Shown here: piece by piece, positions 36,501 to 59,618 of the stretch | Layout: each line of letters opens with the position of its first letter | Position numbering within the stretch: position 1 is the first letter of the stretch | Source: Balanoglossus misakiensis | Lineage: Eukaryota; Animalia; Hemichordata | Length of the DNA: 64,000 nucleotides | Direction of reading: 5' to 3' | Assembly: GCA_040954595.2 (NCBI GenBank) | Contig: CM082594.2 | Span: 7,212,840-7,276,839, forward strand | Notes under the pieces: generated by a model | What the model was told of the DNA's origin: nothing | The model's database searches: none | Seen by the model: the letters and a program-made list of their open reading frames with translations, nothing else | Made by a program: the position numbers and the translations under genes

Positions 36501-39500
36501 TTTTCGTTGCGGGGTTTTTGTTGAACTATTGGTTGTTTGGTAGCGAGCGGTGCACGACGTTGTACTTGGGTGCTGTCTGCAGTTGTGACTGAGCCAACGT
36601 CTGCCGGGCGTTTCAATTTAAACCAAAGCCGAGGGCGGGCTTCGTGCAATGGCTGTAGGGAGACGGGTCTTAATAACTCGGGCCCCGGATCAGAGCGATG
36701 GGCGGGTACATTTGTCAAAAGAACGCCCACTCACGTTTTTTTTTCCTGACAGGCCGTGACGTGGACGATGGGTCATTAAATGAAAGCCCGGCCCATTCGT
36801 TTTCTTCGGATCTTCATACTTCGCAACGGTTCTGCGCTGAATCCGCTGAGAATATTCTATCCTTTCCCCCCATTTCGCCAGTATACGGGCCATCAAACTA
36901 CACCTACGGACCAAGTCAAGGTATTCGTATGTACATCACATACGTAAGGATCTCTTCTGTGTACAGATGGGCACATAAATTCAGCAGAGCGGTTTCGCTA
37001 ACTTTCATCTTTTTCCTCAACCAACAGCTGTGATTCAGCATATGCTGAATATCGCGACGGAATGAGCACCTTTCTGGAGAACGCTAGTACAGGGTCGCGG
37101 CCAACTACAACCTCCATTTGTGAAATAAGTTCTCAAATAAACGTTGTTTGCCACCACCCCCCCCCTCCCTCAATAATGTGGTCACTTGGAAGTTCGTAAG
37201 AATACAGTGCCGGACCAATAAGTGGAGTAAGACACTTCACATCACAAATGTTTACGACTCGACATTTTCTTTTCTTAGAAAGTGGAAAGCGAGTTACAAA
37301 CTGCGCACTATCCGCAATCTATCCAACACGTCATAAAATTTAATAGGACTTTGATAACGGGAAGGGGACATTGAGGCAGTACTCTCTGTTGTTGAAATAA
37401 TCAGTTTCGTATTTTACTCAGCGGTGTCCCCTCATACGAAGTCAACCACCTGTTCCAAGCAGCTATATTATGTTACGGGTTCCCTCGGAAGGTACTGCTC
37501 ATTGATTGCCATAGTGTTGGCCGCCATTTTGTGACGAAACCGGGAAAGTATATGTATGTACCCCTGTCGTCAAAATACTTTAGGCGTTTAGTACTGACTA
37601 GAAGAATGTGTAACTGTGTTACATATGGTGTTGTTTCGGGTGACGGTGTAAAGCAGGACAACAGATCGAATTTTTTGACATGTGATTGTTCGGTTGTTCA
37701 CTGAGTTGCCAGCGCGTTTGGTGGTCGCCTTCACAACGGCTGTGTTGCCCAGTTAATTTACATACGCGCGTGCATATGGCAGTTGCACGTATTAACACAC
37801 ACATGGTTAGCTGCTTGAACCAATCTGTAAGAGAACATTTCTGCACATGCCCAACATCGGAGATGGTTTATTTGACCAAAACAATGTACGCGTATTGTCC
37901 AAAAGATGACGACAGGCAATAGAAATGTTCCACAGATATTGGCGTGATTCCAAAAGCTCCCAATGGTATTTTGTTAGCAAATGAAAGCAAACGTAGAATG
38001 GGATAAACGAATTATTATCAAGAAACGCTACACAACATTAATAAAATGTACAGGAGATTCACAGTGTAATTGAATTGCAGGGCAATGATATGGACCATTT
38101 CAATCATTTCCCATCATTCATTGCGAACATGTAAACGTCGGCACGCGAACATGTTCTGTAACAAGTTTGGTTTTTCTTCGTGACTGGCCTCGAGGTTTTA
38201 TGTTTTCCTGAAACGGCAGTCGCTACAAAGTCTTCCCGTTCCGGCCATCACGGTCTCTTGAAATGAATGAAGGCTATCTCTCGTTTGCCGGGATTTCCTG
38301 CTTTGTCACGAAAAACTTTGTGGTGTGATTCAGGTTTGGTTGGTCGCCATGGACACCCCAGGGACACCCCAGAAACTGCATACTTTTCTCACAGGATCTG
38401 TTTTTGGGCGTTTTTCTTGAATTTGTTATTGTGAACACCGGAGTTCATCGTGCAGTGGAAAATCCACGTGCCTGTTTTATAGAACACGTGATTAATAATA
38501 AAAGCCCATAGAGTTAGAGGAAGTCTACCATGTCCCACTCTGACGACAGTTATGACCTGCATGAGTTCGAATTAATTGCAGAAATATGACTTACGTAGTA
38601 AAAAAAGACTATTGTTTTGGTTAATTGGACTACTCGGAGGACTGGCGGGGTCATCGTAATTGGTATTTTTCGTAACAATTTTCCATCCCTTGGTGAAATG
38701 ATTCTGAATGGTCACATGCTAAATAGAATAATTTGTTTATACGGAAAAGAAATGAACCTAAGAAGATGCTATTTATGTAGTTCCTCTTATACCATTCGAC
38801 AAACATTCAGTCAAAACTTACCCACGAAGATTCGCTTGTTTCAACCACAAAAAGCAATATTTTGGGAGCGCGGAGCAAACCGTCACGTCGCAGTCAACGT
38901 CAAGTTACCGGAATACCATCTCCCAGTAAGCACATGGTTTCGACAGAGCGAAATTAAGCTGTACAGCCTATTTTATAACCCATCTAGATCTTTGTTGTAT
39001 CGGCATCGTGGTACTAATAGATTAAAATATACCTTCAAAAACACAGAAGAATATCAGAGGTTGTCAAAAATCTCACATCACATTCTATGTTTTTTAGCAG
39101 GAAATGGCAGGCGGAGTTGTCTCGCTCAGGTGATTTTAAATTGAGGATATTCTTCGTTCAGTAAAACACTTTCTGTACCTACTACACAGGCAAAATGCCA
39201 CACTTGAGAGGAAATCACCAATTGGCCATCGTCTCCTAGTGCAATTTCCTGATATAAGCTCTTTTTTTTCTTACGCGAGAAAGCACAGCTAATATTTGCA
39301 TTCTCAAGTTTGCTTGTATTAAGGGGGAAACGAGTACAGTTCTCGGGGACGGGGGGCAAAACGCGTCGAGTCGAGGGAAGATCCACGCCCATTAATCTCT
39401 CCGGGTGGCGGTGACAGCTACATACTAATGACCGCGGTTTAACGTTGCGCTGAAAACCCCAACGGGACTGGGCGATCGCATTACCGCGAGTTCGACACCG

Positions 39501-42500
39501 GCGGCTATGCCTTTATGGACGTTTACCGTTCCGGCTGTAACCGGCGATGGCCGCGGCGTGGCGTCATCCCGAGCGTAACCAACGTAAGAACGGCCGGCTC
39601 GTATAAAATAACGCGGCTGCATGCGAGAAGACAACTGCGCGGTCAACCGAAGCGTCGAATTCAGGAAACGGTGGGACTAGAATTTCGCAGGTGGTTCAAA
39701 GAAATCTTAAATCACGCTGTACTTAAACAATTCTAAGCATCCCGTCTACTACCACTTTCAACGCCACATTTTCTCTGTCAAAATGTTGTGCAACATTTTA
39801 ACCTTCTGTAATTTCCCCACTTAATTTTTAACCAAGTGGACATATTTTTCCCATTGTCTTCAGGTCTTAATCAGAGTGTGTGAAAAAATGTGGAAAAATT
39901 ATCAGGGTTAATTTTTTGGGTTTAATGGTGACGACAAGTTGACCATGCTTCTATTTCCCGTGCGTCAGTACAACCTCATAATATAAATGCATCTAATGCA
40001 ATGAACATTTTGTTACAATAATCTTGATTTACTAAGTAACGCTTAAAGCTTTTGAAATTCCATGTTTTCCAAATTAGAAATAGAAAAATCGATACCAGAC
40101 AAGACTGTTGGAAGGATAAATGAAAAATAAATATAGTCATGAAAGTAACCCGTTTTTCCAAGAGAGGTCGAGGTATATAGCTTGTGACGCATGATATCGT
40201 CGAGGTCTCTTTCAATAATTTTCGATGAGCTAGTGGGCTAAATTTATCATTTGATGTCATCGCAGTATGGTTAAGAAACAATTACACTGAAAATAGATGC
40301 GTTGACAGACAGAAAGAGTGACGACAATATACCATTGTGTCATTTGTTGAGATGTTTGCACTTTGCATATGGAGCTATGGCGTCTTGATCACACCACGTG
40401 ATGAGTGCATGGTTTGTTGCATCCGCCGGGTGCGTAACGTCGACTATCCTGGGCCACAGGAAATCTGTCCCGTTCCAAAAAAATATGTTATTTAATTTCA
40501 ATGATCGATGAACGGTAATTGAGAATCCTTTTTTTTAAATAAAAGTTCAAGTTAAAATGGGACACATTTCGTTAGAAGATTTTCGTTGTGTGGTCTGAAG
40601 ATTCAGTCATTATCTTGCGAAGAAAACCTTCAATAATTGCAAGAACTTCCTAAAACAGGAACAAAAGTCGGATGTGACACAAAACGTTTTACTCCTATAC
40701 TTCTCGATATCGACCCCTTCTCCCATCGGCCTCCTATCAGTATCTCACTTGGAGATACGACAGAACTCGCGAATACAGCAAGTGGTACACGTATTAAAAA
40801 GACTCGGTGCTCCTGTCAAATTGGTTTGTCCCCACTTCCGCTCCAGTAGCACGGCGCTCAACGATTACCGTTTCAAGTTAATTGCAATCTGTACAAAGCC
40901 AACGGCCTTCCCCTTGCGATCAATGTGCAAAGTCAGCGTATATCTCTTCACTCGTCTCTGTTGTCTTCAGTCTGTACGTTACAGGTGTATCACAACTGTC
41001 TGTCTGTCTGTATATACTATGTATGTAGGTATGTATCAGTGTTTCCAAGAGAATATGCTGTGTTGGCAGACTAAATAGCTACTTATCATTCTGTCAAATT
41101 TCTCGGAATAGAACGTGAAACTGCACTTGATTATACTGAAAGTAATTTTAATAGCTAAACGAACAGTCCAAAGTTGTTCCCACTCTTTCTTTAAAATGCG
41201 ACAGAAATGGACAAGACTTTGTGTCCTTTCCCCCGGAATTATGTCGTTCGCATCCGATGCTATGACGCTCTTAATATTGATTCCCCGGTCGATCAAACAA
41301 TGTTCAAATGTACCCATGTCGCATAACATGCTGTTATCATAAAATGCACATACGCTTTATGGAGAAATAAAGCAATATACCTACGAAATTGCGTAGACTC
41401 CCATCTCCGCGCCGTGATTGGTTGAGATGTAACTCTGACGTTTTTCCCCGGATGTCCCGTATGACGTATTTGTTGATAAATGGGACCAGACATGCGTGAA
41501 ATTAGAACACGGGGAGATCGGAAGCTTGCGTACACCCTCCAGGGTACGCGGTATGAATGAAATATCCAGATGGACAGCTTTGTCTGGGAGTTGCGGGCAC
41601 GCACGTATGCCGAACAAAATAAATCGGTTCCCCCTTCCAGTTCTCTTTCGAAACGATGACAGTCAACGTATCGACCAATCGCCGCTGTAGTAATTGCTTT
41701 CAAACTTCGCGTGATTTGCAGAAATCGATTGCGCAAATTCTGAGTCGTCAAATGTTTGGATCAGTAGCCCCCAAGGCGTCGCTGACACAGAGCCGTTTGT
41801 GGAGCTGTAAAATTGGGTGACTGATAAGATGAAGGGGTGTTTTGAATGAGTGGTAGTATTTTGCAAGTTTTTTTCGGATGGGTATGAGTATAGGCCTACC
41901 CATGGTCCCAACACCATAGTTCCCCTGGTAGGGCCTATACATGATAGCTCAGCAACATAGTTTTTAGGACATATTTTTTCTCTCTTTCTATACCAAAGTC
42001 GTAGTTGTTTCTACAATGTCTATGTTTTTCCCCGCTCCGAATAGACTAAAAAGCTAGAATATTTTCATATCAGATAAAAGTTGCGTTTGCTTATGTGTTG
42101 CATTTGGCGTTCCGTTTTGTTTGTGGTCACATTTCGTGCATGTTTCTTTGGCTTGCAGTGATTGCTTCCTGTAGGAACAGATTTCTTAAAACTCCATCAC
42201 TTTGTACTAGTGACTGACGGACTACATGTTGTCGTGAACACCAGTTTTTTTGCGTGTAGCTATGTTTGTTTTCTAGTTTAACCCCAGAAAAAATCCCATG
42301 ACTAAAATATTCTGCATTTGTGGGCCACTTGCAATGAGAACTGCTCAATTATGCAAAGTGCAAAATAACGGGACCCAGAGTCATTGTAAATACGCCGGCC
42401 AAAAAATGTCTAGAACTAATATTTACACGCTCATCTTAATTCGACGGTAGTGTACCTTTAATAGAGATAATAGGAAATTAAATATTTTCCTCGACGTCAT

Positions 42501-42821
42501 TATGTAAAGAGATTCGCGGACTGACGTCTTCTCTTCAGTGCCTTGTTTGGAATGCAATTAATCAACACCGCGAACATAATTATAACCTTCGCAGTCGACG
42601 ACTGGACAGTCAGACAAAAGTCTAAGGTCATATAGAACTTACGGCAAGCGAAGTTTGGTTATTTTGCCATCATTTTGAACTGCGTAGAATCGTGAAGCAT
42701 AGTACATGTACTAGTATATTCCCTCTGAACTCCAGCCCCCCCCCCCTATAATGTCAAATGGGTTCTCCCCATGTCCCAATGACACGCTGACCTTTGCGCA
42801 CGCGCCCTATACACATTCAAA

Positions 42822-43792
42822 ATGGCTGACTCCAGAAAGGGCAGTGACTTTATGAAACGGGTGGATTTCTCCGCAGACAGTGTTAGTCGAGATGACGCGG
42901 AATTTGTTCAGCAAATGACAAAAAGGCACAGCGACTTCATGGCCAAAAAGCTAAGGGCGAAGTACCTGAAAAGAAATGCAATTGTCGGCTGTTTCATCGC
43001 AGCGGCGGTCGTCGGTGTGTGTATCCTTTGGAAAACTTGTTTGTAGTTTATGTCGTCGGGGTTGTCCGACTTACAGTGACATTGGAAGACGTGATTTCGA
43101 TTTACCGCTTCTATGCATGGCTCTGCGGCCAATTTCAATAGCTGTAGACATATCTTTCGCCAAAAGCGTTCCTCGCGAACGTTTTCTAACGTCTTGCGTA
43201 TGCAAGGTTTGGTTGTTGTGCAATCTTTGATATTTGTTAACTTGATTGTAATGTACATGTAGCCCACGTGTTTTGACTCGTGAGCACGTTTTCCACGTTC
43301 GCGATCAAAATTTTGAAAGTGCGTTTCAGGTACACAGAGGCTAGGCGAAAATGCGTATTGCCATGATTTGAATGCGTAAAAATTACGTCCTCATTCGACC
43401 ATGAGCAAACAGTTAGCATATAATGTGGTTACATGTACTTATACTTGAAATGTACACTTATACCAGGGGGTGCCGGGCCGGGCCGGGGTAGGATAGGTCA
43501 CAGATATAGATGCCTAGGTGATACATTGACAGTCAGACTGACAGAGCCATGAGTACTGCATCCAGACATATGGTCAGAATGTTTTTTTTTCTTCAGATTT
43601 GTTATTATTGAACTCAGTGCAATATTGGCAGGGCACCTTGGCCTTGGGTTACTCATGTTGGATGTTGGGGTTACTATTTAACTATACAGCTTGTAAGCCT
43701 TTACATTGTCATCAGATGGATATTCTATGTATGCGGTGAAGCAGGAGACGTTTCTAGATGAATTTGAAAACAAAGATGAGCCAAAGTCGTAG
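42822..43792 (+). CDS. COA3: Cytochrome c oxidase assembly factor 3 (CCDC56), two exons
   Basis: Exon 1 42822-43020 (...LKRNAIVGCFIAAAVVGV, TM segment) plus exon 2 43716-43792 (YGYSMYAVKQETFLDEFENKDEPKS*) matches the COA3 motif RN..vG......vGiYgYs.ya.kQE.FLD. Confidence 0.85.
43021..43715 (+). other. U12-type (minor spliceosome) GT-AG intron
   Basis: 5' splice site GTATCCTTT; branch-like GCCTTTAC about 12 nt before the AG; no polypyrimidine tract. Confidence 0.85.
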
Positions 43793-44678
43793 CAGAAGAA
43801 TACCATCTCCCTGTGTTGTATCTACCCGCCTGTTTGTTGATTATTCAGACAAAGACTGACTATGGAACACTTCTCCTGATTGGCTGTGACTTGTTTTCAT
43901 CAGGTGGTGCGTGATCCATCTGACCAATAGCTGCATTTCACACAAGTTGCAGGTCAGAGCTGTGGATGTGAACTTATTTTTGACACTTCAGATAGCCTCC
44001 ATTTTTGGGAGTTGCATGAAATTTACTGTGAGAAGTGGATTCTGGAGGAGACTGCAGAATCAAGTGGAAATGGCATGGTGTCCATGGCAACATGATTACT
44101 ATTCCTGTCGTGGATTGTAAAGAATTTTTCTTGCTTGTAGCGTATTAGTTTTGTTGGGGAAAAATTGACAGGATTTCAAAGTCTGAAAAAATAAATTTGT
44201 TCTTATGAAACAGAAAGGTGAACAATGTCTACGCAAACTCTATTTCGCATCAGTTTTACTTGCTACAAACAATATCAGTCAAAACTACTTTGGCTAACAA
44301 AGTCAATTTCACTAGCGCCCTCAGTGTCCAATTCAACAATCAACAGACACCATAATATCAGGTACAATGGAAACAAACGTTTTATTTTCTTGTAAAACTT
44401 CAATAATACAGGCAGTGATGTTTAAATTCTATTCATCAAGTCACAAAAACATTCATGTGAATAAACCACTTTACGGCACTAGTCTTCACAAGCTACATCA
44501 AGTTACAAAGCACACAGTAAAGTCCTGTGTTTCAGTCTATTCAACACAATGTCCATAAATATATATCCCAGAGTAGGGATAACAGTTTCTCCTATACCAG
44601 TGCACTTGATTTTACATAACTCTGTCTGATCAAATTTGATATCAACCAATTTGCATCTGTTTTGCATATGTAAATGTT

Positions 44679-51005
<6,327 letters not shown>

Positions 51006-51087
51006 GTCGCCAAAACTGATTGCAGAGTTTCAGGAGAACAGTGTCAATAGCAGAAGCCTCTCAATGTTTTTGTTCCTGTCATGCAGT

Positions 51088-51095
51088 TTTCCCGC
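51088..51095. promoter_or_regulatory. E2F-binding site upstream of MCM6
   Basis: TTTCCCGC matches TTTSSCGC, about 85 bp upstream of the MCM6 ATG; MCM genes are established E2F targets. Confidence 0.6.
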
Positions 51096-52051
51096 CACGT
51101 GAGTCACATGACATTTCGCTGTTCCATGTAATACTTAAATGTTACTCCCCCTGAAATGTAACAAGTTTGTCTCATGTGTCTAGTCCAGATGATCAAAGGA
51201 AACGTAGCGCGGCGATTGAAGATATGTCTACGATGTCTATTTTTCACATAAGGGGTATCTTTTTCAGTGTTAACCGATTTTCAAAGTTCTCCCAGTCTAT
51301 GACCTCAACTTGCGGTCATGTGTTATCCGACGCGCGCGCGCGCTGCGACGCTCCAAATTTGCTGAAGCGCCCGCACACAACTGAATCTCATTTCATTCAT
51401 TCGTTCGTTCATATCCACCCACCCACCATATCCATCCACCCATCATTCATTCATTCATTCTTTCGTTCATTCATATTACGTAGATGAGAAAATTTAAACC
51501 TTTTTATATAGAACCTTTATTGCTACAAAATGAAACAACCCATTCCCACACACTTTCCGGCTGGACTCTATGGTGTCTGATTTTTAATGTCGACTGTGAT
51601 TGTAACCACTACAATACAAAATGGTGCCGATAATGCCAAGTTTCCTTGTGCCCGTTCCTTCCTCGTGTCATGAATCATGACATGATGTCGACGCGACGAT
51701 TACTCATAGCCCGTTTAACCTTGACCGTGCGCAGTGAATGAATGGCCACCTCGCGTACTGAAACTCGGCTCAGGTCAGTGAGGACAAGGTCAGGCTGACA
51801 CCTATCTCTAGGATACCGGCATTTTCAACCTATTTATCACCGTTTTCATAATTTCGTTTCAACAAATACCACAAGTGGGTGCAAAGATTGGATTTTCTTT
51901 GTCTCAAAATCAAAAACGAAAGTGGAGATCTTGATTACTGGAAATGATAGTACCATTTCCATGTATGACTGTTCTAGTGTATTCTAGTATTTGCTGCTGC
52001 TAGGTTTCACAATAAATGCTCTGATTGGTGACCAAAAGTCACGTGAACAGT

Positions 52052-52066
52052 GTTCCAGAAAGTTCT
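52052..52066 (+). promoter_or_regulatory. Heat-shock element upstream of Hsp70
   Basis: gTTCcaGAAagTTCt is three alternating nGAAn units, flanked by inverted CCAAT boxes (attgg near 52024 and 52099). A non-coding first exon appears to end at the AAG|GTGAGT donor near 52259. Confidence 0.7.
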
Positions 52067-53713
52067 ATCGCGTGTGACTACTTCGAATCAGCTTTGTGAT
52101 TGGATGATGGGCTGTGACGCCACAGACTTACCGGTTCATCTAAGGAGAGGTCGCATGAGGACACGGCAGTGGAATTTTTGAACATACAGGGACAAAAATT
52201 AGGACATTTCCCCCAGCTTTCTGCAGTTTTGTTGATCTTTCTTATTCCTTCATATAAAGGTGAGTTTGTAAGATTTCATTTTTGTTCAAAATCACAGAAT
52301 TAGGTGGACGATTGTTTTAAAAATATGATCTTTTATGATCTTCAACAACTCAACTTGAATACTGCATTATGTTCATGCTGTACACGTGTGCGTCATTTCC
52401 CCTGAGCTGCGCCCGGCAAGGCAGAGGGAAATTACACATTTTTTCTTCTAAGAAATGTAACTGATTGAATACTTTCAATTGAAAGATAAAATGAACGCAC
52501 TTCTATAATTGCGATCCTCGATGTAAATGAAAAAGAAATATATCTGTGTGTGATATAATAACGAAACTCCTGAACAGTATTTTAAAAGGACCTCGTGCGC
52601 GCGTGCTCTTGATGCGACATGCCGGGTCTTTGTTGGCCCCGGGTGGTCTTGGACTGAGTCAGAACACAAATTCGTGAGTGAGAAATATGTTGTTGTATGA
52701 GGACTTTCTGATGTCAGCCATCGTTGCGAAATCAATCATCGTGGCTCTCTTTTGCCGGTTTGTTGTCGATTACATGTACAGTTGTGACGAACCTTTCCAC
52801 TTCCAGTTTCCCAGTGACAAAAAAGCCTGAAATTAATCAACGGGTCGATAAGGATCGCGGGAGCGGCACCCACCCCCGCCCGTACCAGCCTAGTATTAGT
52901 AGTAAAAAAGCGGCGTGTCTACTAGAACAGGAAGACCAATTGATAATTCAAATTCTCCCCTTGCCTTTTTGTCCCTTTTTCTCGGGCATTGGTCACTCTT
53001 TGAAGTATTAAAGGGGGAACCGCGTATGATTGGTGTATCACATCGGAAGGCACAGTTTCAGTTACAGCAATGTGCACAATTTGTGACAAAAATGAAATCA
53101 CGATTTTTTGAAATAAGTAATCGTTTGTTTAATCAAATGCACGTGGTCAACCAAAGCTGGAAACGAAACGATAAGTCTGGTGCATGTCAGGACATACAAT
53201 GCCGGTACATGCAAATTTACAGTCAAAGGTCACTTCAGTGGTCTTATCATGCAAATTTCTATTGTGTTAAAGTTTTAAACTTTTTGTACTCTCGTCCAAT
53301 TGTTTTCTCCCTGGCCACTGGTCAGCAGTCTCCACTCTCGATTGTAAAATGCTTACAGTTCATCTGGTCAGGTCAGATGATGAGAAATTATAGTAGACAA
53401 AAGACCACCAGATTACAAGAGCATGTTTTACCCAGTCGTTCGATATGGCTATGGCATCACAAGAAGCCACTGTTTCTCCATAAATCAAGATTTGCTTAAT
53501 TAGACTCGGGTCACATACCAATGCTTGCGGTACATTTCAGATAGAGTCTCATGACCCACATACAGGTGCAGTGATAAAGAATTATATATCACACCAGGGT
53601 AATGTAAAAAAAAAATGACACATACCACTGTTACTTGGGAAAGGGGGAAGAGACAAAAATATAGATCAAGTTTCATGTTGGCAGTACATTTGTCGTTATA
53701 TTTCAGACTAGAC

Positions 53714-58116
<4,403 letters not shown>

Positions 58117-59618
58117 AAATCTCCCACCCCTTTCCTATATATTACGCCCCAAACCTTAACCTCGATTATCTATACCACCTCCTGTCAGACACAAGGCTTA
58201 GAGTTATCCTAGAACTTCACCCAAATAAAAGCTGGGAAGTAGAAATAAGCAGCTCATCTATGGCGGCATGCATGCTCCACAGTTTGACGATTATCTCAAA
58301 TCACAATCAGAAAATTTCTTGCAAATTTCAACAGCTGTAAATGTGCCTGATGAAGTGTTGCAGTACTTTCGACGTCAAAACAAAACAACATTTGACCAAC
58401 CTATACGCTGTACAACAGGAAGTGTTAATTATGACAGTGAAATATTTTTTTTTTCTGTCATGTACCGGTAACTCCTGTTTTTTTATTCTCTGCTTAAACT
58501 GACTGGAATCCAGTATGCATTGCACAGCACTCTGTGAAAGTTGGTACATTGCATTTAACATTTCTTGTTCATCCGCTATTTAATTTTAATGTTCCAGAAC
58601 ATTGATCTGTGATAGATCATTGCGTTCAAGTTCTTTTTACATGGTAACCCGTGCATCAAAAATTCCTCGTTTATGAATGTGACTTTGGAGTATAATACAA
58701 TGTATGTGGTTTGGTTTCACTGACAGTGATCCGTCGAGATGTGCTCCTAAATACACCTGTTGTTAATTCTTTCACTTGTTTCTTTGACGTTTGTAAAAAG
58801 TTGCGTCTCATGCCTACTAAATGAACGCAGGATATACTTGTCTGTGTGTCTTCTAACATGGCAAGCCAGCAAATATAGCCATGGTTGTTTATTAAGTCAT
58901 TTATATAAAGGAGTAAAAAAATAGCAAAATGCAGCTGTCATTGCTGAAAAGTAATAAAACATTTTTTGTTGTTGAATTGATTGTGTCCGAGTCGTGCTTT
59001 CCATGCAGATTTTAGCGTTTCTATGTCTCAGAATGTCACCAGTGAGAACTTGTCAAGAATGCACAGTGTTAATGCTGGACAGAATTAAACCTCATAAAAG
59101 TGTAGGGATCAATTTGCCCTTTCCCCCACTTGTCACATCAATGAGATCACAAGTCGGATAAATTTGAAGATGAGAGCTGGTCTGTGTCTGTGAGATGTGA
59201 AGAACAATCTATAATTCAGGTTGGGGGCGCTCTTCAAATATAAAAAAGTAACTGATATCAGAATCAGAGTTCAACTTCACCGTCTGAGTAATCAACCAAT
59301 ATTATTAATGTATATCTGAACTTCAAATATATAAAGCCAGTGACTGTATTAAAAGGGGCGTGTCAAATGTTTGAGTGAATGACGCGGTCGAGGTCGACCA
59401 CACACACGTGCTCATTTACCGGTGACCGGCTTCTGGTTCACTTTCCCTGTGTGCATGCGCACTGGCCCCATAGCAATTTTAGCTCCATGGCATTCTAATT
59501 CCGCTCTTTACGTAACCACTTTCACGTGTTCAGCAAAAACCCATGCCACAACACAGGTCAGCTCCGGATAGGTGACGCCCGATTTGCTGCCAGCAACAAG
59601 CCAAAACACACCGGAGAC

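Noticed and set aside
34593-40772. Shared 15-mer cgacagaactcgcga (34593, 40758), and an inverted 15-mer pair near 22541/25124
   Set aside because: Isolated 15-bp matches are expected by chance in 64 kb and do not extend.
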